Positions 38,001-48,900 of a stretch of 64,000 nucleotides of DNA are shown piece by piece. The first letter of the stretch is position 1, and each line of letters starts with the position of its first letter. This DNA is from Takakia lepidozioides (taxonomy: Eukaryota > Plantae > Bryophyta): positions 22,258,001 through 22,322,000 of the forward strand of contig CM060734.1 in the NCBI GenBank assembly GCA_030704615.1, given 5' to 3'. The notes under the pieces are model-generated. The model saw only the letters and a list, made by a program, of their open reading frames with translations, searched no databases and was not told where the DNA came from. The position numbers and the translations under genes are program-made.

Positions 38001-41000
38001 CAACCTGTTCACATCATTCATTGCCGTCAGAAGACCCATCATGTTCCCGTCACAATCCAGCACCATCGATCGAACAGAGTAATGCCACTCTTCCTCTGTG
38101 AGTGCAGCCTCCCAATGACAGCCATCCATGCAAGCAAGCGGTGGTTCCCATCCCAAACGTGAAACATCTTTCCCGAGAATGCCTGGGTGGAAGGTTTCCT
38201 GGAGAGAAGAAGTTCGAAGGATTCGTTCAGCTGTCTCCAAATGGGGTCCCAGGAGTCCACGATTGACTCATCCACGAGGAGCTCATTACCTTTGGAATCC
38301 CTAGTAGAAACGTAAAAGACTGCGGATCCATCCAAATACCCATGAACAAACTCGGCCTCCAGCTTGAGAATGTCCTTGACGAGGGGACGAACGATGGGCA
38401 TGGAAACCAACCTACACAGGGGAATCTTCAACCTCCCACCCGGGGCAAGCATACTTTGCACCACAAGCTGAGAGTTTACCTTCTGACCCCCCAGCATCTC
38501 AGCGGCATTGCTTTCATAGAACTCATCGTCCACATCAACAATTATCTCCTTCTCCTGACCCGAAGGGACCTCATCTGCCACACTTTGCATCTTCTCCTGC
38601 AGGGTTGTTCATTCAACTTGATATTAGAGAGGCATGAAACGTTGGCTGAGGCATGAAGAAGTGGGCTCAAAGAGTGTGCGTTGACGCACACTATTTTAAG
38701 CTGCCAGGTAAGTGTACATTGACCCTCACAGACATGTCCTATGTTGCCGAATTCCACAGAAAAAGACAATGTAAAAGTGGGCTCAAACAGTGTGCGTTGA
38801 CGCACACTGTTTCACTTGCCAGGTAAATGATCATTGAACATCTACTTGTGCCAGGTAAGTGTTCATTGTAAACTCCAAGATATGCGGCCGATTTCGGATG
38901 AAAAAAATGAAAAGGTGAGTTCGAACAGTGTGACATGTCCAGCTCAAACAATGTGCATTGACGCACACTGTTTGAGTTGCCAGCGAGGGATTCTTCCATC
39001 CTCAGACACCTGCCCTGGAAGTCCGAATTTAACTTGCAAAAAACACTTACATGTTCAGCTCAAACAGTGTGCGCCAACGCACACTGTTTGAGCTGTCACT
39101 GAATGGTTATTTCATCTTCAAAAACCTGCCCTGGAAGTCCGAATTTAACACCAAAAAAACAGTGACATGTACAGCTCAAACAGTGTGCGTTGATGCACAC
39201 TGTTTGAGCTGCCAGTGAGGGATTCTTTCATCCCCAGAAACGTGCCCTAAAGGTCGAATTTCAATCGGAAAAAACACTTACATGTTCAGCTCAAACAGTG
39301 TGCGCCAAAGCACACTGTTTGAGCAGCCACTGAATGGTTATTTGATCATCATAAACCTGCCCTGGAAGTCCGAATTTAACACCAAAAACATAGTGACATG
39401 TACAGCTCAAACAGTGTGCGTTGACGCACACTGTTTAAGCTGCCAGTGAGGGATTCTTTCATCCCCAAAAACGTGCCCTAAAGGTCGAATTTCAATCGGA
39501 AAAAACACTTACATGTTCAGCTCAAACAGTGTGCGCCAAGGCACACTGTTTGAGCTGCCACTGAATGGTTATTTCATCTTGAAAAACCTGCCCTGGAAGT
39601 CCGTATTTAACTCGGAAAAAACACTTACATGTTCAGCTCAAACAGTGTGCACCAACGCACACTGTTTGAGCTGCCACTGAATGGTTATTTCATCATCATA
39701 AACCTGCCCTGGAAGTTCAAATTTAACACCAAAAAAACAGTGACATGTACAGCTCAAACAGTGTGCGTTGACGCACACTGTTTGAGCTGCCAGTGAGGGA
39801 TTCTTTCATCCTCAGAAACGTGCCCTAAAGGTCGAATTACAATCGGAAAAAACACTTACATGTTCAGTTCAAACAGTGTGCGCCTACGCACACTGTTTGA
39901 GCTGCCACTGAATGGTTATTTCATCTTGAAAAACCTGCCCTGGAAGTCCGTATTTAACTCGGAAAAAACACTTACATGTTCAGCTCAAACAGTGTGCGCC
40001 AACGCACACTGTTTGAGCTGCCACTGAATGGTTATTTCATCTTGAAAAACCTGCCCTGGAAGTCCGAATTTAACTCGGAAAAAACACTTACATGTTCAGC
40101 TCAAACAGTGTGCGCCAACGCACACTGTTTGAGCTGCCACAGAAAGTTATTTCATCATCATAAACCTGCCCTGGAAGTCCGAATTTAACACCAAAAAAAC
40201 AGTGACATGTACAGCTCAAATAGTGTGCGTTGACGCACACTGTTTGAGCTGCCAGTGAGGGATTCTTTCATCCTCAGAAACGTGCCCTAAAGGGCGAATT
40301 CAACATGGAGAAAACCGTGACATGTAGAGCTCAAACAGTGTGCGCCAACTCACACTGTTTGAGCTGCCACTGAAGGGTTCTCTCGTCCTGACATACATAT
40401 CCTGGAAAACCGATATCCAGACGGAAACAGCAGTGAAATGTTCAGCTCAACTCACACTGATTGAGCTTGCAATTTGGGTTGTATTGAACTTGCTGTAGTG
40501 CCCAAGTTTGGGCGTTTCGCACCTGAACAATCAAGCAAATTGGTAGGCCCAAACAGTATGCGTTGCCGCACACTGTTTGAGCTTCCAGTTTGCGGTGCTT
40601 TCAGCCTGGTGCAGATGTCCTGTGTGGGCTATATTCATATTAGCAACGAAACACAAATGTAGGTCTTAAAGATTTCACCTTTTTCTTGGCTGCTCCAGAA
40701 GACTCCCCAATTGCCGGGGACCCTTTGCGCTTCGGGCTGCTCTCTGCGCCGAGCGTGTACGTGAGCCTCTCCCCCTTCCTCTTTCCCGCAGGCAGACTCC
40801 TCGTGAGGCCACCTTCAACATCCTCTTCCATCTCGTCTGTCTCTCCCTCAGATGTAGTGTCATCTTCATCTGTTATTGGAACTATGGCGGGCTGCTGTTC
40901 TTCTGCTGATTCCTGCTCCTCCATCGCCACACTTTCCTCTACTCCCTCTTCTACCTCCTTTTCCTCTTCGTCCGCTCTTTCCATCCTCATTCTATCTCTG

Positions 41001-41270
41001 GCTCTATTCCTGTTTCTAGAGCTCGTGAAGTATAGTGACTTCCTTCTCTTCCTCCTCCGCTGGAAACAAGGCCTCCCCACGATGCCTCTAGAGCTCTCCA
41101 GTCACTGCAGAAGATACCTCGCACGAATGCGTGCCAGACATGGTCGTATCCGACAGAACCCTTTATGCCGAATGACCCCATGGCGACGGTTACGGTAAAA
41201 TGCAAACCACAGGGTAGGCAGTACAACACACGTGGATGCATATGTGAAGCATAACAATTATTGCGGATCT
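35030..41270 (-). pseudogene. Multi-exon gene: acidic N-terminus, ParB/Srx-like domain, helical region and beta-class DNA amino-methyltransferase-like domain (N6_N4_Mtase type)
   Basis: Predicted exons ~41270-40679, 38596-38005, ~37908-37717, 37612-37172, 37052-36828, 36687-36034, 35931-35340, 35223-35030, mostly with GT..CAG introns; VWDGNHRLLAW (ParB); LIILDIPD (motif IV); FLSDAGVLVL (motifs V/VI); RERSPAFIQTIVECCT..DARVLDLSMGT|GASYHACKASARHLFGIEGDAEIY (motifs X, I, II); several frameshifts and a stop; 5' start uncertain. Confidence 0.85.
38660..40585. repeat. Tandem array of 115-116-bp units, each with a 40-bp palindrome
   Basis: CAGCTCAAACAGTGTGCG-(CCAA/TTGA)-CGCACACTGTTTGAGCTG at 38940, 39056, 39172, 39287, 39403, 39518, 39634, 39750, 39865, 39981, 40097, 40212, 40327, plus degenerate flanking copies. 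Confidence 0.97.
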
Positions 41271-41788
41271 GCAAGAACTGCTCGAAAATGAACTAGCATT
41301 AGATTTCTACGGCACATCCGAATTTGAAAGAAAGCAAGAAGGCCGCGGTGTATTGGCAGGCGGCGCAGTACATCTGACATATATTGCTAGTGCATGCAAC
41401 GGATGTACTTTTTTTCTAGCGTTTGTGCTGTGCTCTTCTGGCACAGCACAACCTCATGACATTTGTGGTCTTCCTGTTTACTGCTCTCCAGGGTTGTTGC
41501 CGTCTTTTCATAATGGATGGTTTCATGTCGTTTTCAGTGTTTGATTTCATCCATAAACAACACGGCTTCTTGTAGTATTTGAAAACAGTTTTTCTGGTTA
41601 GTGCCTCTTAGCGTTGCTGTTTCCGAAGTGAAGGTGCATCTCATCCCTACATCCCTTGCATGCATCACCCGCAACCTTTGGGTTGGAGCTACCCTTGTTG
41701 ACCTCAGTTTGCTTGTCTTAATTCCCCTTTCGGTGATTGCGGGCTATCAGTTCGAGGATTCCGCAACTTTCGTTCAGTGAGGGAAAAC

Positions 41789-44700
41789 ATGTCGAGGGAG
41801 CGAGATACACTTGCTCGATTCCATTCCAATGCAGGTACTCTTCCACTGACTGCCACTGCAGACGACGATGGGTTTGCAGTTGTTCATGAGGATGAGCTGG
41901 TTACAGTGTTCCCGCTGGAGTTGGGTTCTCTCCTTGTTCAAAAAGAGGTGTATGACGAGGATGGGAATTTGGATTCTGGGCACTTGGAGAAACCATTGGT
42001 TGGCAAGTGTGGAAGGAAGTGGAGAGTCCTTCCAGGCACATACCGTGTCCTTGGAAAAGAGAGAAGACAATCAGCAGGATCAGTCGTTACCCCTGGCACT
42101 GCAGCATTGGTCGTGCAACAGAAGGGCACAGTTCCTGTGAAACAAGAGGTGAGCACATCCACTACCTTCGTGACTCTTTCAGACTCGTCCTCGGAGGATG
42201 TTTCTGAGATTCCTCCGCCAGTGCAACTCCGTCATTGGATGATGACGAATTGCAAGAGATAACGAGTGTCATTCCAAAATTGAAAGCCCTCGCAGGTGTG
42301 CCTGGGTGCAAGAACGAGCTGGGTTTTGTTGATTGGGAGTCCCTTCCTGTGCAACGGGTTCAATACGTGCCAGCACAGTTTGATGGGGACATCCTGTTTG
42401 AGCTCAACCCTCCCACCTCTTCCACTGGACTGGCTGGGCTTTTGCAGGGCATGGACAAGAAACATGACGGACATCCTTGGTGCAGGACAAAAACGTCGAA
42501 CATCCATAACGACATTGGCTTGAAATTTCGGAGGTCGGTCTGCGTTGGGCATTGTAAGTGCCAGAATATTTCTTGCCCTCGGCTGAGAAACAACGCTCAA
42601 CCAAACGAAAGTGAGTGGGAAGGTGTGCCCCTGAATCCTTTCACCCCAGGGCTTGCCCCTCCCAGGACCAATACTTTTGTGTGCAGGTTCTGCAAACTTT
42701 CCCCGTCCTGTGTTTCTGTGTGCCACGCTCGTATGTATCAGGTGGCACACCGATGCAAGACAATGACTCGTGCCTGCATTCATATGGGTGCACACGAGCA
42801 TCCTGTGTCCAAAGGAAGTTGCAGGGATAGCGTGGACATCGCTAGAAATCTGCTGAAGCAGGAGTTCCACAATGCCCCTTGTGCAACACCTTCTGCTATA
42901 GCGCTTGCAGCTAGCAAGGCATTCCTGGAGAAACACATACTGGGTGAAGGGGATGCGACACAACTTATGCTGGATGCAGATTCGCTTAATGCAGTCATGG
43001 ACCATTTCTCCGTGTTGAGCTCTCCCAATATTCGAAACCAGGTGAATGCACTCAGAATGGGCACAGGCACTGCTGGATTCATGGACAACATTATGGACCT
43101 GAAACGGAGGAGTCGTTATGAATTCATTCAAAACAGTATCTTCCCTGGCCAGGGCTCGTCCAAGGTGTATTTGTTCAAGATGTCCGCTGTGGGCGAAGGC
43201 AGTGGTGTGAGCATTGTCCGCCGTATGCAACCAGGAGGAGATTTGGCTAAATGTTGGTTAATGTTTGATCACTGCAAACGGGTGAAGGGTTGGACAACCA
43301 TGGCGTGCCATGTGTATGATCCGGTGTACCAGCGTGTGCTCTCCATAGCAATTTGTGATATGCAGTCGGAGGACACTGAATCCCAGATGCTCATGTGGAA
43401 TTCGCTCTTGGCCGTCATGCAGCGCAATGGAATACAAAACACAAATTTTGTGGGCTTCATGGCTGATAGTGCACAGGCAAATTTCAATGCAGTGCGAGAC
43501 GTGTTTGGTTCGGGGTATCCTAAGGTCCCAATGGAAAATAGGGAGCGCACATGCCTCTTCCATTGGACTCAATCTCTGGCACGTCATACAAAGCGCTGCA
43601 TTCGCCCTGACCTGCAGTTGGAGCACAGAAGGCTCTGTCTCAAGTACAAGAATGCCACCTCAATGGGAGAAGCTGAGAGCACTTACCAGGCAATCCGGGC
43701 TTGGTGGTTCTCCTCTGGTGCTACAACAGGTACCCACGTAAAGGAGTTGGAGGACTGGTTGGTTTTCTGGCACTTCAGGTACAGACAGTGGGGAGCTTTC
43801 ATGACGACGGTAAGCCTCTTCAATCCCAAAAACAGAAATTTTGCATCGTGCCTGTTCATTTGGGGTTCTTCGATTGTCACTTGAAGAACCTCTACCATTT
43901 GTTTTCGTTCCTCACATATCCATGCAATGCCTCCTGCAGGACATGTCCTTGGAGGACTTGGCCGACATGCCATCCTGTAATTTGGCGGAGACTGTTCACA
44001 ACGCCTGGATGCAGCAGTCTACCAAAGCAGGTCGTGACTTGTATGTGGCCACTGCTGATGACATGGTGCGTGCACTTACACAACAAACCAGGTACCGCAA
44101 TTTTCTGATGGGACGGGGTGGAGGCAAGGGCCCTGATACAACTTTGTTGATGCTAAGGGCTGCGAGTAGGTCCAGAGTCCCGTCAAAGATGGCCAGAGCT
44201 CTAAACAGATGCACTGAAGGGTCCCCTCTACAATCCAGGCTCCCCCATTTGGAAGGCGAGGAAAGATTTGGATCATGCAAAAGGAAATTGAACACTCTTC
44301 CAGGGTCAGATGGAGATTCCCATCGGCCAGACAGGGTCAATTTCTCTGTGCCAAAGACACTCCACTGCAAACTGAGTCGTGTGCCCGCCCCTTCCCAGGT
44401 GGGTCCTCCTCCAGTGGAGCAGGTGTAGAACATACAAGCACAGCAGCGGGAATCCCATTGGAGGAGGTGGTGGCCATGGTGCAGGAATCCGATTGCATTG
44501 ATAGTGAGTGGCATATAGAACGCACCCACCAAGATCTAGAGTGGCTTGCATGGCAATTCGGACCCCCTCATTCAAGAAATGCAAATCAAAGATATGCAAA
44601 GGCTCCAGGGGGACTCCAGCTCCAACATTCACAGGGTTGTTCCGACCTTATCATAGTGGGGAGTCAAAGGACCACAAATTTTGGTTCTGCCCAGACGATA

Positions 44701-45348
44701 TGGCACGATGCGTGAAGGGAACAGTTCGTCCTTCGGTGATAATGAAACCCCCTCCCCCCGCAATTTGGCCTGTGCAAATTGGGACGTCGCTGTCATCAAC
44801 CGAGATAAGCATGCTGGAGGAGGGAGGGTTCTGTCTTGCACGGTCCCGGGTGGTGCCCTCATGCACTGTCGGCACAGATGTGCCACATGCTCCGGCAATG
44901 CCGCCACCCGGTGCCGACTCCCACCCAAAAAAGAGATGGAAAAACAGTGCGCCGTTTCGCTTCGGGTGCAGATCACGAATGCAAGATGGAATCTGCTAGA
45001 ATTTTGCAGGCTCGGGTGTCTCGTATCACCGAAGTCCCTTCTCCGGGGAGTGGATGGATTTACACAGTGCTGTCAATTGGGTCAGTTCTTCATGGCAAAG
45101 AATATCAGGTTACCGTCGGGAATTTCCCTTCGTGCACTTGTCCGGACTTTGTAACGATGCGTGAGGGCGCTCTCGGCATGAGAGGGAAGTGGGTCCCCTG
45201 CAAGCATCAATATTACATATATCTTGTGATTATGTGTTGCGACGGTAAGAGAGACCAATTCATCCACCAAGCCACACTAGGCTATGGAGAAGTGAACACC
45301 CTTCTACAGCGGGACACCTCGCGTGGAGCTCCGCCAACTTCTCTTTGA
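41789..45348 (+). pseudogene. MULE transposase: GCM/WRKY-like DNA-binding domain, DDE domain and C-terminal SWIM finger; intron 43810-43939; frameshifts
   Basis: DGHPW..SNIHN..RRSVCVGHCKC..HMGAHEHP; LMFDHCKR; FMADSAQANFNAVRDVF..CLFHWTQSL; CNLAETVHNAW; YQVTV..SCTCPDF..PCKH. Confidence 0.9.
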
Positions 45349-45776
45349 ACACATACGAGCCATGCCCGCTTCCCATGCTGGTTTGCAGGTTGCCGTGTGA
45401 AGACTTTGCATTTCTGACAAACATATGGATTTCGTTTACGGAACCAGGGCAAATGCACATGCAATTCATTGTAAGCGTCTATCTGTGAATTGAAATAAAC
45501 TGTGACAATCATTCTGAGCTCAAATCTGCCATGTTTTCATATTTCTGTTTTTGAGCGGGCATTGTAGACATGGTGTGTGTTGGCCCCCTTTGTTTTGTCC
45601 ACGGTAATAGGCCCTCTTCCTGCAATCCTCGCCTATAGGACCTTCTTCTCCAGCAGATTCGTGCCGCTCACGCTTCCCTGAAGCGTGAGCTCAGCTCACG
45701 CTTTGTAGCTTGAACGTGAGCTCAGCTCCCAGGCTCATGGGGCTGGGCTCACGCCGTAGCTACGCTCATTTCGAAT

Positions 45777-45979
45777 TATTACAGACAAGATTCATGTCAA
45801 ACCTAAAAGTCGACATGTTCAACGAACCCTGGGATAAGGCAACGTACATCGTACCTCGTAATGAGTTAAAGAACGCTATCAATCACCAAATGATAGAATA
45901 TTACATACGTAAATCTAATCATGCGTCCTACACCATAGTAGCCACAGACACCTACAAAAAGCACACACTCCGCAACGAC
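45777..45979 (+). pseudogene. Continuation of the Helitron helicase
   Basis: LLQTRF...WDKATYIVPRNELKNAINH, in frame with HTDFE before the MULE. Confidence 0.85.
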
Positions 45980-48900
45980 TGTCGAGCGGCTTTTACTCAC
46001 CCATCCCTTCGCTATCCGAGGTGGAAACTCCAAGATAGAAGAGTTGGATATCTCTAAGCACTCAGCCTGCTCAGAACAATCAGTCATGACCTGCAGCTAG
46101 TGAATCATGGTTGTGCTTCCTATTTGTATTCCTTCCTGCCTTCATGTTATCAATTTACCTTACCGTGTATACTGAAGCATTAGATTGCTTCAGTATCTAC
46201 TAAGTTCCAGTTAATCATGCATTCATTCCACAGCTTCTCTCGTGTCTCTCTACACAGTATGTTTGTATCGATTAAGTATTGGATTAAGATTAATCATGTA
46301 TCATGCCTGTGCCATGGTGTCTCTATTCTATCCTACTGTATAGTTCTACAGCTTGCATGAACTAAGCCTCATTCAAGTCATCATCTCCTCTACATTGTTT
46401 CCCGCTCTCCGTTACGTCTCCTCCTCTCCTGAACCAGTCGCCCTCTTCTCCCCGTGATCCCCTTCCCGTTGCCGCTCTCCTAATCTACCCGCAAGCTGTT
46501 CTAACCACCTAACTAACTAACCGTCACCCCTGAAGTAACACGTTCCCTCTGCAAGAGTCGTTCCCTCACAGTCATTCCCTGTCAATGATAATTGTTCCCC
46601 ATGTACTGTGACAGGCTGTGTCAAGCTATGACTGCCTGTGCGAAGCTGTGTCGGGCTGTGTGAAGCCGTGTCGGGCTGTGACTGGCTGTGCGAAGCTGTG
46701 TCGTGCTATGTAACCCCCATAAAGCCTGCTCCTGCCACCCCTAAGACTCCTGTTGGTCTCAGTCTGCGCAAAAATTAAGGGCACCCCACAGAACCCATAA
46801 AAGCGTCTAAGTCCCAAGCAGCCCTCTAACATTACCCCTCCCTCTCTCAAAAAGTCGTGTCCTCATGGTTTACTGTTTGGGATTAGCAAACCTTTGTGAG
46901 CGAGCACCCTTCTGACGGTGAGAGTCTCATGAAGGACTCCGTGTGCGAGCCCGAGTCCTGTCACTGGCTGATGGAGATGATTGAAAGGGAAGGACATCAA
47001 GAGAGCGTACATTCACGAAGACTGAAGAATTAACAGAGGTGAGATAACAAACCCTTCGACTACCTGGAAATGTCTGACCCTCCTTTGGCTGATAACGAGG
47101 TAACCTCTCAGGCATAGGAGATCCCCGTCGTTTCTTCTCTACCATCTGAAGTGCATAGTCCTCTGCCATGTCAAAAGAGTCCTCTGAAGAAACAGTAGTA
47201 TCAGAATCCTCGTCCCCCCTTAGGTGTTTTAACGGCTGAACTTTAAGTGGAATCCTGTGTGGCATACAATGTGGTCCCACCATGTCTGGAAGTTTAAATT
47301 GTACAACTTGCTGTAAGCGCTTGCAAGCAAAATTAGTGAACGCCCTGAACTCCTTATCCGTATAGGTAAGAGGTGTGCCAATGACTTTGGAACAATGTAA
47401 GTATTTCCAGGCTTCATGTCCCTTAAAGAAAATATCCTCAGGGCCGAATTTCTGTGTTGTCAAATTGTTCCAAGCTGAATTAAACCATGAACGAAGTTGG
47501 GAATCCTTCTGCATCATAACTTTTGCATCATATAGGTACATATGAGGTGGCACTGAAGGTAAGACCCAATGATCCCCACTGGAATAACTCAGAAATCACG
47601 ATTGCATCTTCTGCTGCTCAATGTGATAACGTGCTAGAAAACAAGTAGCATAGTATAATCCACAGCCCATGACAATACTTGCTACCTCCTTGGTCTTGGT
47701 ATAAATGTACCCATGTACAACTTGGAAGGCAATTAATTCCTTTAACATGGTACTTGCTTCAAACCAGTACCTCGCAAAGTGATGATCCTCAATGGGTCGA
47801 TTGTTCGGAAGAACCTTAGTCCTAGTTGCCACTGGCAGCCAAATGCGTATGATCTGGTAGTAATGTGCCAACGACTGCGGAGGACTAAATTCCTTCCAAG
47901 CCAAATCCAACACAATGGGAATTTGGTTGAAGGTCATAATCATAGCCCGACTGTACTCTCGTGCAGCAGGAGTCTTAGGTGGGTTAAAAGCAGCATCCCC
48001 CCATACCTCAGGCTATGGTGTGGCTGTAGTAACAACATGGTCAGCTACTTGCACAGTCACTTGTTGTGGTATTGGTAGCACTGGCCCTTCTACCACTAGC
48101 ATCTCCTGCACCCCTTGCGAAGAAGACTGAAAAATTAGAGTTCTGGCCTGTAAATAAGTAGCCTCAACTGCTCCTCAGGTACAAAGACTCTCTTGTCAAT
48201 ATTTGAAGTCAGGTCATCCACCTGAGTCTGCAGGCCTTCTACATCCTCTTGTAGCTCCACTATCCTACTATAGACATTATCTATAGTAGTTGTGGCAATG
48301 TTCTGCACCTGCAGTCTGAGCTCATTCATCTCGCCCTGGGTGAGCTTCCGTGGTGCTTTGCCTTCCACCGGCCCTTGTGCTAACCAGACCTGCATAAGGT
48401 GGTTATCCACCAAGTTGTGTGTGGTACCCCTGAGTGTCTGCTCCTCTGTGAGCCTGTACACATCTATCTGCTGCTGTAAAGCCTCCATGCGCCTTGCATG
48501 AGGTTCAACCAAACTCGCATAGGCAGCAGCCAGATTATTGGCTTCCTTCCAAGCCTTGTTAGCCACAGAGAGTTCATTTCTATTTACCATGACCGTTTGT
48601 TGCAACTCCAGGATGTACCTCTCTTGGTCAGCTTCAACCTGTCTGTATTGCTTGAAAGTATTCTCATTGCGACAGATTGTATTCTTCATATCAACAATGA
48701 GTTTCGCCTGCTCCACTGCCTCTACCTCTGCCTTCATACATCTCTTCTCTTGTCTGTTAACTTCTAATGCAGTTTGCTCAAGAGTAGTGTTGAGTGTAGC
48801 ACATTGTATGGTCATTCTTTCATGTATTGCCTGCAACTCTGTATGTAGTGCATTCACTTCTTGCAACTTGCCCTCATGCTTCACCTGCATTTGGTATAAC

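Larger units (their letters stand above)
33667..45767 (+). mobile_element. Mutator-like element (MULE), 12.1 kb, with degenerate short TIRs and a ParB-methyltransferase cargo gene
   Basis: 9-bp TSD ATTTCGAAT at 33658-33666 and 45768-45776; ends GGGGGGTGCTATTCCGTGAGCCC versus (rc) GAGCGTAGCTACGGCGTGAGCCC; clustered GTGAGC/GCTCAC motifs at both ends; MULE transposase inside. Confidence 0.92.
28391..45979 (+). mobile_element. Helitron (RepHel), degenerate; split by the MULE (33667-45767) and cut at 45980 by an LTR element
   Basis: Rep and PIF1 motifs in order; helicase frame HTDF|ELLQTRF rejoins across the MULE. Confidence 0.9.

Noticed and set aside
38660-40585. CRISPR-like appearance (regular palindromic repeats with spacers)
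   Set aside because: The spacers are themselves repeated (two types) and are ~75 bp long; there are no cas genes and the context is eukaryotic.
33658-46000. Bacterial or phage contamination as the source of the ParB-MTase
   Set aside because: The gene has multiple GT-AG introns, shares intron positions with a second genomic homologue, and lies within a TSD-bounded eukaryotic transposon.
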